Assembly: GCA_012103475.1 (NCBI GenBank) | Contig: WLWS01000006.1 | Location: forward strand, 136,518-200,517 | Source of the DNA: Gammaproteobacteria bacterium | GTDB taxonomy: Bacteria > Pseudomonadota > Gammaproteobacteria > Eutrophobiales > Eutrophobiaceae | Direction: 5' to 3' | Length of the DNA stretch: 64,000 nt | Part shown: positions 9,242-16,722 of the stretch, in pieces | Position numbering within the stretch: the first letter of the stretch is position 1 | Layout: each line of letters opens with the position of its first letter | The notes under the pieces: generated by a model | Told to the model about the DNA's origin: nothing | Databases searched by the model: none | What the model saw: only the letters and a program-made list of their open reading frames with translations | Translations under genes and position numbers: made by a program

Positions 9242-10835
9242 TTAATTTTCGGACAGTTCTTTTACTAAAGCCTGTTGTAACTTGTGCTTTTGAATTTTAG
9301 TCGCCGATTGTGGCCATTCCTCAACAAAGCGTACGTAACGTGGGATCTTATAGCTGGCTATTTTACCAGTACAGAACTCAATAATCTCCTGCTCAGTGCA
9401 GTTTTGCCCGGGTTTTAGTTGAATAAAGGCAGCTGCTACTTCCTGTAGTTTATCATCCGGAATACTGACTACCTGAGTGATGAGTACAGCAGGATGATCA
9501 TAGAGAAAGGACTCAATTTCAATTGCTGCGACATTTTCACCGCCCACTTTTAACATATCTTTAATTCGACCGTGGTAGCTAACTTGTCCGGTTTCGTTCT
9601 GTGAGCACACGTCACCAGTATGGAACCAGCCCTGTTCATCAATAGCAGTCCGGCTTTGCTCAGGTGATTTGTAGTAGCCTTCGAATAATGAAAATCCTCT
9701 AATGATCATTTCACCACGTTGGTTGGTGCTGAGCTCATGTCCGGTATCGACATCGACGATACGCATTTGCACACCCGAGAAAGGTTTACCTGATGTCGTT
9801 GCGCGAATTTCATCATCTTCATCCGGGCTACCGAATCAGCTTATTCCGGAAGCTTCAGTCATATCATAAGCACTGATGTGTACAGCGTGGGGCAGAAGAG
9901 ACATGTTTTTCCTGAGCTGGTTAGGTGGTGCAACATTATTCACCAGACGAATTTGTTTCATTTTTTCTGCGTTGAAAACAGGATGCCCAACAATGGCAGA
10001 CATTACGGCGGGGAAAGCTGTGAAGAGAATGGTGGGTTTTTCTGTTTCAATACTCTTTAAAGCGTCATCCGCAACAAAATGCGTCGAGCTGATAAAACTG
10101 CTACCTGCCCACATGCCCGCGAGAAGAGGCATGATAGCACTCATGTGAAACATGGGAAGCGGATTCCACTGAATATCTGCTTCTGTTATTTGAAGCCGTA
10201 AGCTGATCTCTTTGGCATTACGTACAATGGCTTCATGACTCAGGCGACAGCCTTTGGGGTGTGCGGTCGTTCCGGAGGTGTACATCATAAATACAGGGAT
10301 TACTCAGTTTGACCTGCTGACGCCGGTTCCAGGCTTCATGTTCCGTAATTTCATTGGCGTAGTTTATAAACTGAGAAAACGACATGAGCCCGGGTTTTTC
10401 GGCCTCATCCAGTAACACCACTTTTTTCAGTTTTGGCGCGGCATCCAGTTGCAAAGGGAGTGAGGGATCAACTCTTCTATTGAGTCCTTCAAGAGACTCG
10501 TACAACAACTCTGGAAAATCCACATAATCTTCAATACGGTTTGTGCTGAACAATAGTTTGATATCAGTGTTTTCGATAACGTAGGACAGTTCATGGGTTT
10601 TATAACGGGCGTTGATAAATACCGCTACCACATCGCATAAGGCAATGGCGAAAAGGAGTTCTATTACTTCGATCAGGTTTGGCGCCAGTATGCCGATATG
10701 GTCGCCGGACTGAATGCCACTGCCCTGTAGGGAGCGTGCCAGAAGTAAAGACTTCCCGGCCATTTTTGCATAACTTACTCGTCGTTCGGGAAAAATCAGA
10801 AGATCCTTTTCCGGATAAAGGATGTGCAACCCCAA
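9242..10835 (-). pseudogene. acyl-CoA synthetase (AMP-binding enzyme), disrupted by 5' truncation, a frameshift and an in-frame TGA
   Basis: Three collinear ORF fragments. The N-terminal part (ILYPEKDLLIFPERRVSYAKM...GILAPN) is in one frame. The AMP motif MMYTSGTTAHPKG lies in another frame, with the shift at about 10286-10295. An in-frame TGA sits at 9836-9838 between ...AYDMTEASGIS and FGSPDEDDEIRATTSGKPFSGVQMRIVD. Confidence 0.85.
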
Positions 10836-11098
10836 ATCCAGACCAGTCCTGAGGCATGACGGGCAAATTCACGCATAAAAATAGCCTGCATGACGATGTC
10901 GCCACCCAGACCACCATATTTTTCCTCTATACCAACTCCGTTAAAGCCCTGTTCGGTCAGTTTGTCCCATAATTCCTGAGGGTACTCATGTTCCTTTTTC
11001 TCCAGCTCACGACACCATTGCTTGGGACACTCATTAACGACCCACTTTCTAATCGTGTCCTGAAACAGTTGTTGTTCTTCACTGAGTTCAAAGTTCAT
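10796..11098 (-). pseudogene. acyl-CoA dehydrogenase N-terminal remnant (about 100 codons only)
   Basis: MNFELSEEQQLFQDTIRKWVVNE...ELWDKLTEQGFNGVGIEEKYGGLGGDIVMQAIFMREFAR is a typical ACAD N-terminal alpha-domain. The ORF ends after about 100 aa where acyl-CoA-synthetase-like sequence begins in a different frame. Confidence 0.8.
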
Positions 11099-11164
11099 CA
11101 GAATGTTAACCAAAGGTTATTCAGGTTCAATACCTGTATGTTAATGTATGATCAGATACTTAAA

Positions 11165-11698
11165 TCAATTTATATATCTGAATAATTCCAGGCCATCCCA
11201 TTTTTGGGCCGAGCGTGCAACCGCATCATAAAATTTTGATAAGGCTTCTACCGGTTTATATATTTCTAACATGTGTCCGAGTACAGGGCGTGTATCAATA
11301 AACGCCACCTCAACATCACCATCGCAGGTAAAATAGTGTGTGACCGTATCAAATCCGAGTGCCTGCAGTCTGTTCATCTCCCCAGAGACGTTATCGACAA
11401 ATATGGCAGCGTGATGGAAGCCTTCTTCGCCTTTCTCAAACATTTCGCTAAAAGTGGAGGGAGCATCGTTATGCTGTTGGGTAAATTCGATCATTAGCGG
11501 GCCAGCCTGGGCATACGCGGAACTGTGGTCGAGTTCGCTTTCGCTTCCGCGATAGCTGACCTCTCTTAATTTAATGTGTCGGTAAATGAAAAACGGGCCG
11601 GTTCCGAATGTTTCGTGGGCTTTTTTTGCAGCGCTCTCAACATTGTCTACATAATAGGCAATCTGTACGATATTCTGCAGATTGAGTTTGTCAGGCAT
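11165..11698 (-). CDS. VOC family protein (paralogue of 8671-9213)
   Basis: QIAYYVDNVESAAKKAHETFGTGPFF and GFHHAAIFV motifs parallel those of 8671-9213. Confidence 0.65.
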   Translation of the reverse strand: MPDKLNLQNIVQIAYYVDNVESAAKKAHETFGTGPFFIYRHIKLREVSYRGSESELDHSSAYAQAGPLMIEFTQQHNDAPSTFSEMFEKGEEGFHHAAIFVDNVSGEMNRLQALGFDTVTHYFTCDGDVEVAFIDTRPVLGHMLEIYKPVEALSKFYDAVARSAQKWDGLELFRYIN

Positions 11699-11706
11699 AA
11701 GGGAGC

Positions 11707-12516
11707 TTACTTGTTACGCATGCCATCAGGATCAATGTCCTCGCGAATCATACCGAGCTGCGCCTCGGTGGGTCGCGCAGTTTCAGGGACAGTGCCTTGC
11801 GGTAATAACAATTCAAAACCCGTTGCCGCCTGCACTTCATCAACACTGATCCCCGGATGTACGGACTTGAGCTGCATGCGTTTGCTCTCTTTGTGGAAAT
11901 CCATCACCGCAAGATTGGTGACTACAAGCTGTGGACCGTTTTTCAGCCCCAGTTTGTCCCGGGTATCATGCCCATCAAGGTATCCGGCACCACTGATGAA
12001 ATCGACTTTCTCTACCAGGGATTTGGGTGAATGATTCAGATTCCAGTAATACAGTTTTTTGCCCAGTGAACATAAATCGGCCAGGCCTGCGGTACCGGGC
12101 AAACGTACTTTCGGAGCATGGTAGTCTGCGCCTATAACGGAATTATTGGCATTACCAAATTGATCCAGTTGCGCTGCGCCGACGCAGAATTTTTCAATCC
12201 AGCGATCACTGAAAAGATAATGCCAGGCATCGCCATACTGCTCGATGTACATGATTGAATCTTTCCACAAAGGTGCTTCGAGGGTAGAGGCGGGGATACG
12301 TTTCGGTCGGGGTTCGAGCCCGACGGTACCGGCTAACCAGATAAGATCCGGTGCATGGGTCATGCGCGCCAGCATAAATGCTGCCACCGGTATAAACGAG
12401 CCCATACCATTTGTGGCCTGATCATCATTACGAAACTGCTCCGCAAGTACACTGATAATCAGTTCCTCGATACTGTATTCATCAGCTGGGGGACTGTTTT
12501 GCCAGTCAGCACTCAT
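11707..12516 (-). CDS. CoA-transferase-fold beta subunit (glutaconate-CoA-transferase B / IpdB-like)
   Basis: Size and sequence pattern of class I CoA-transferase beta subunits. Start overlaps the stop of the alpha subunit by 4 nt. The SENG-type motif reads QATNGMG here. Confidence 0.7.
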   Translation of the reverse strand: MSADWQNSPPADEYSIEELIISVLAEQFRNDDQATNGMGSFIPVAAFMLARMTHAPDLIWLAGTVGLEPRPKRIPASTLEAPLWKDSIMYIEQYGDAWHYLFSDRWIEKFCVGAAQLDQFGNANNSVIGADYHAPKVRLPGTAGLADLCSLGKKLYYWNLNHSPKSLVEKVDFISGAGYLDGHDTRDKLGLKNGPQLVVTNLAVMDFHKESKRMQLKSVHPGISVDEVQAATGFELLLPQGTVPETARPTEAQLGMIREDIDPDGMRNK

Positions 12517-13406
12517 TCTTCTTCCTCCCAGCGAGCGAGGTGCTTTAATACAGTTTTACCGCCAATGAGTTTAAGATAGTCTGACTGATCTACAGGTGTG
12601 CTTACATATTTTTGAAGGAAATCACTGACCTGGTCTTTGTCTCTGGAAATCGCTGTCCATTGACGGTGAAAGTCACTGTCATAGCCGTAATTCGGATAGA
12701 AGGAAGTTGGGTGCGCACCATAAGGAATTTCCACAACTGCATCGACAATAAAACCGGGTAAAACGGTGCGATCCGGATTTTTTCGCAATACTTCCGTATC
12801 CACAATTTCTTCAGCGCTGACGATAACTTTTTTCGCTGCATTTGGCATGATACCGATATCAGGCCATATGGCCGTAGGTTCATATTGCACATTGCCAAAA
12901 CGATCTGCGCGATGGGCATGAATAAGCGCGACATCCGGGTTCAAGGCACGACAGGCGATGACTGGTAAACCTCCGAATGGATCTTCGATGAGTTTCATGT
13001 TGTCCGGATTTTCTTTCATCAGGTCAGTACCTATGGCGCCGCGCGTAGGTAAAAAAGGTAAATTACGCGCACCTGCACCCAGGCGTGCGTTGAGCACGCT
13101 TTCTGATATTTCTTCAACGCGAATACGTCCCTGTTCCACGGCTTGTCGATACTGCTGACATAATCCAAACTGTTCCATGGTCACAGCTGCACCAATCAGT
13201 CTGTCAATGACACCAGCTGCGGCGAGCCAGTCGACAGGAATTCCCCCCACCAGTACAACCAGGCCGAGGTTCTGTTTTTTCTGACGAATCAATTCGCGCA
13301 CCAGAGCCATGGGCGAGGCTACTGTAGCCATAGTCTGCAGGGCAACAATGTCACCGTCGTTAACTAGAGTGATGGCCTGTTTAATAGTGGTGAGTTTTTC
13401 TTTCAT
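12513..13406 (-). CDS. CoA-transferase-fold alpha subunit (glutaconate-CoA-transferase A / IpdA-like)
   Basis: KLTTIKQAITLVNDGDIVAL ... HAHRADRFGNVQ are typical of class I CoA-transferase alpha subunits. Confidence 0.75.
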   Translation of the reverse strand: MKEKLTTIKQAITLVNDGDIVALQTMATVASPMALVRELIRQKKQNLGLVVLVGGIPVDWLAAAGVIDRLIGAAVTMEQFGLCQQYRQAVEQGRIRVEEISESVLNARLGAGARNLPFLPTRGAIGTDLMKENPDNMKLIEDPFGGLPVIACRALNPDVALIHAHRADRFGNVQYEPTAIWPDIGIMPNAAKKVIVSAEEIVDTEVLRKNPDRTVLPGFIVDAVVEIPYGAHPTSFYPNYGYDSDFHRQWTAISRDKDQVSDFLQKYVSTPVDQSDYLKLIGGKTVLKHLARWEEEE

Positions 13407-13426
13407 TGCTTTTTGAAGTGAAGTAA

Positions 13427-14194
13427 CTACGTAAGCATTCCACCATCGACAACCAGAATATGCCCGGTGATATAGTCCGCTGCGGAAGAGGCAAGAAACA
13501 CGGCAGTGCCTTTGAAGTCGTCCGTATATCCCAATCTGCCCAGTGGTATGACCGCTTCCATTTCGGCCACTTTCTTATCCAGACCTTTTGTTGCGTTACT
13601 GGGAAAGATGCCAGGCGCAATGCCGTTGACGGTAATATTATGTTTCGCCCAGTAACGGGCAAGACTGCGTGTGAGTGTTGCCAATGCACCCTTGGTGGAG
13701 GCATAGGCAGGGGTAATGGCAATTGCGGGATCTGATGCTTTAAAAGCCGTCATTGAGGAAAGATTGATTATTTTGCCGCTTTTGTTTTCAATCATGTTGC
13801 GACCGATTTCCGTGGTACATAAAAAGGTACCACGTACATTGGTGTTATAAATCTGGTCCCAGCGTTCCAGTGGCGTGTCTTCAAGCTCATCGCCCCAGGC
13901 CATGCCGGCATTGTTAACCAGAATATCGACCTTGCCAAAAAGTACATGTGCACGTTCGGCCATGGCTTTGACATCATCAGGATTTGCAACGTCGCAGACA
14001 ATCGCCTCACACTCTGCACCAAGCGCACGTATTTTTTCTGCCGCGGCTTCGCATTCGTCAATCTTTCTGGAACACAAAAGTATTCTGGCACCAGCTTCGG
14101 CGAAGCCTTCTGCCATCATATATCCCAGTCCTTTTGAGCCGCCGGTAATAATCGCGGTTTTGTTTTCCAGACTGAATAATTTCATTACATCCAT
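13427..14194 (-). CDS. short-chain dehydrogenase/reductase (SDR)
   Basis: TAIITGGSKGLG; NNAG; YASTKGAL (YxxxK). Confidence 0.85.
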   Translation of the reverse strand: MDVMKLFSLENKTAIITGGSKGLGYMMAEGFAEAGARILLCSRKIDECEAAAEKIRALGAECEAIVCDVANPDDVKAMAERAHVLFGKVDILVNNAGMAWGDELEDTPLERWDQIYNTNVRGTFLCTTEIGRNMIENKSGKIINLSSMTAFKASDPAIAITPAYASTKGALATLTRSLARYWAKHNITVNGIAPGIFPSNATKGLDKKVAEMEAVIPLGRLGYTDDFKGTAVFLASSAADYITGHILVVDGGMLT

Positions 14195-14254
14195 TGAGAG
14201 TTACTCCAGATTGATTTTAGCTACACTCTTAAGACGTCATGCTTTCTAAATTAC

Positions 14255-14668
14255 TTATTCCGCTGGTTTGAATTTAGGTATAGATATTTCTTCAGACCAG
14301 TTTTCAAACACGACCTCAACGGGCATTCCAATCGCGACTGTTTCAAGGTCACATTCTATTACATTACTCATCAGGGTAGGCCCTTCACTTAATTGAATCA
14401 GAGCCACCACATAGGGTGTTTCTTCAGCATAGGCTTTCGAAACGGGATGCCGGACGATGGTAAAACTCAGCACTTCAGCCTTACCGGAAGCCTGTACCCA
14501 GTTAACTTCTGAGCTCATACATTGCGTACACATAATACGCGGGTAAAACTGAAAATGATTGCAGGAGTGACACTGTTGGATCATCAGTTTATGTTCACGA
14601 CAGGCATCCCAGTAAACAGCCGTTTCCGGACTGGGGCGGGGAAATATTTTGCCGGAATGATCAGTCAT
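14255..14668 (-). CDS. Zn-ribbon / OB-fold protein (DUF35 family)
   Basis: Four-Cys ribbon CHSCNHFQFYPRIMCTQC followed by an OB-fold-like segment. Start abuts the upstream thiolase-like gene with a 1-nt overlap. Confidence 0.8.
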   Translation of the reverse strand: MTDHSGKIFPRPSPETAVYWDACREHKLMIQQCHSCNHFQFYPRIMCTQCMSSEVNWVQASGKAEVLSFTIVRHPVSKAYAEETPYVVALIQLSEGPTLMSNVIECDLETVAIGMPVEVVFENWSEEISIPKFKPAE

Positions 14669-15843
14669 TAGTCTCGCTCACGGCCAATAATTAAAGTAGT
14701 GTGACTGGACATGATTCCCCCCTGGCCGTGTACCAACGCCACTTCAGCATCTTTCACCTGTCGTTCACCGGCCTGATGCCGGAGTTGAAAAACGGCTTCT
14801 GTCAGGTGATACATGGAACCAGGATTTCCTGGATGACAATGTGAAAGCAGACCACCGTGAGTATTAACCGGCAGCGAGTTACCTAACTCAATAGCGCCGG
14901 ATTCGACAAAGGCACCGGCCTCGCCTTTTTCACAAAAACCGAGATCTTCCAGCTCGATTAATACGGTGGGTGTGAAGCAGTCATAAAGTTGTGCGAAGTC
15001 CATATCTGCCGGGCCCAGTCCGGCCATCGTATAAGCACGTTTGCCTGATTCCAGTGCGGCAGAGGTAGTCAGGTTTCGTGCCTGACTGACATACTCATGG
15101 GAATGCCCTTCGCCGACACCCAGCAGGTACAGGGGTTGATGTGGAAAATCAGCGGCTCGTTCTGCTGAGGTCATGATGATGGCGGAACCGCCATCAGAGA
15201 CCAGTGAGCAATCCAGCAGATGCAGAGGATCAGCAATCATTCTTGACTCAAGTACATCTTCTACAGTGATAGGATCTTTCTTTTGCGCCGCCGGATGTAA
15301 AGCAGCATGTTTGCGGCAGGCCACGGCAATGGCAGCATATTGTTCAGCGGTTGTGCCGTATTTATGCATGTGTGCTTGCGCGATCAGTGCGTAATAAGCC
15401 GGTACTGTCGGACCATAAGGTGATTCAAACTGTGCATGCCCGGTTGAGGCCTGAACAAGCATAGCCTGTTCCCGCGACAGGCCACTGCGCAGACTATCGG
15501 CCATGGAAATAAGCACGGTATCGCATACACCAGTAAGAATTGCCGAAGCGGCGTGATGCATTACGGAAAACGTTGAACTGCCTCCGGCTCCAATCGCCAT
15601 ACAGTACTGTGGAAAAATCTGCATGTACTCGGCAATAGTTTCGGCATGATACATGTAGGGTTCAGCCATGGAGTTGCAAGTGATTAAACCATCGATCTGT
15701 TCTTTTTTTATGCCTGCATCATCAAGTACACGTCTTGCTGCATCTACACATAATTGAGTCGCACCCAGATCGGAAACCACACCCACCTCGGTATCGGCAG
15801 CACCGACGATGGCAACTTTTCCGCGAAGCGATTGCTTAGCCAT
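14668..15843 (-). CDS. thiolase-superfamily protein, SCP-x / Ltp-type (possible retro-aldolase)
   Basis: Thiolase-like C-terminus NTHGGLLSHCHPGNPGSM. The segment aligning with the thiolase nucleophile motif C-x-S-G reads G-G-S-S (15568-15591). Always adjacent to DUF35 in such modules. Confidence 0.75.
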   Translation of the reverse strand: MAKQSLRGKVAIVGAADTEVGVVSDLGATQLCVDAARRVLDDAGIKKEQIDGLITCNSMAEPYMYHAETIAEYMQIFPQYCMAIGAGGSSTFSVMHHAASAILTGVCDTVLISMADSLRSGLSREQAMLVQASTGHAQFESPYGPTVPAYYALIAQAHMHKYGTTAEQYAAIAVACRKHAALHPAAQKKDPITVEDVLESRMIADPLHLLDCSLVSDGGSAIIMTSAERAADFPHQPLYLLGVGEGHSHEYVSQARNLTTSAALESGKRAYTMAGLGPADMDFAQLYDCFTPTVLIELEDLGFCEKGEAGAFVESGAIELGNSLPVNTHGGLLSHCHPGNPGSMYHLTEAVFQLRHQAGERQVKDAEVALVHGQGGIMSSHTTLIIGRERD

Positions 15844-16259
15844 TAGTCTGTGTTGAACCTTAAAGTGGCCGTACCCGGCGTGACAATTTCGTCTGCCTCA
15901 TTCTTGATAAATAATGCCAGCTCAACTTCGCCAGTTTCTTTGTTAACTGAGCTTACACTACCTCCGGAACGTAGCGTTTCACCAATATATGAAGCTTTTC
16001 TGTTTGAATATTCAAAGCTACAGAACATGCCATCGTCGCCGAGCCATTCCAATGCCGCTTGCGTAAGCCAATCACCCAGTTGCGGACCTGCTATCACCAG
16101 TCCGGGATAGCCTTCGACCTCCGTAGCGTAGGGATAATCATAATGAATACGATGCGCATTCCAGAGCACGGCATTGTAAAAGAATAGCTCTATGTTATCC
16201 GGAGTATAAGCCCGTTTCGGCAATGCATCGTCTACTTTAATGTTATCTAGTCGTGACAT
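15843..16259 (-). CDS. MaoC-like (R)-specific enoyl-CoA hydratase, hot-dog fold
   Basis: WNAHRIHYDYPYATEVEGYPGLVIAGPQLG is typical of the MaoC dehydratase domain. Confidence 0.75.
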   Translation of the reverse strand: MSRLDNIKVDDALPKRAYTPDNIELFFYNAVLWNAHRIHYDYPYATEVEGYPGLVIAGPQLGDWLTQAALEWLGDDGMFCSFEYSNRKASYIGETLRSGGSVSSVNKETGEVELALFIKNEADEIVTPGTATLRFNTD

Positions 16260-16262
16260 AAG

Positions 16263-16718
16263 TTAACGTAACAGGCGAGTTGTTTTTTCATTCAGCACTG
16301 CATCTCCGACCTTGTTTTTCACTTCCATGATGACTTCATAAAAGATTATCGGCCCCTTTGAACCCTGTTTTTCGTAAATGTCGGTTAAAGTCCGTGTAGC
16401 AATCAGAACATCGCCGGGAAAAATCGATTTGAAATAATCGATCTTTAAACCACCGGCCATAGCTTTTTCCAGAGGAAATTTTGGCAGCAATGTATCGATT
16501 GAGACGCCATCAGGTGAAAGCTGATCAAGTTCCACTACATCCCAGAACAAAGACACATGAAACATGGGTGGGGCTTCGTCACCATCCAGAAATTTACGCA
16601 AGCGCTGATTAGTGGCGATGGAATACTTACGAATATCGCGGCGCGTTACCACTTCCTCTCTAGCCGGACCGGTATCGCCGATGTGGGATAAGAGTTCAGG
16701 TGTTATTAGTCCTGTCAT
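16263..16718 (-). CDS. MaoC-dehydratase N-terminal-type hot-dog protein (hydratase partner subunit)
   Basis: About 150 aa. VVTRRDIRKYSIATNQ pattern, and its position directly upstream of the MaoC-like gene. Confidence 0.65.
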   Translation of the reverse strand: MTGLITPELLSHIGDTGPAREEVVTRRDIRKYSIATNQRLRKFLDGDEAPPMFHVSLFWDVVELDQLSPDGVSIDTLLPKFPLEKAMAGGLKIDYFKSIFPGDVLIATRTLTDIYEKQGSKGPIIFYEVIMEVKNKVGDAVLNEKTTRLLR

Positions 16719-16722
16719 GATC

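Noticed and set aside
9836-9838. In-frame TGA in the acyl-CoA synthetase as possible selenocysteine or recoding site
   Set aside because: The same gene also has a frameshift and a 5' deletion. I see no convincing stem-loop just downstream of the TGA on the coding strand, and this enzyme family is not known to include selenoproteins. A nonsense mutation is the simpler reading.
10600-10917. 105-aa ORF spanning the ACAD/synthetase junction in a third frame
   Set aside because: It shows no family resemblance and simply bridges the deletion scar; it is an artefact of the pseudogenised region.
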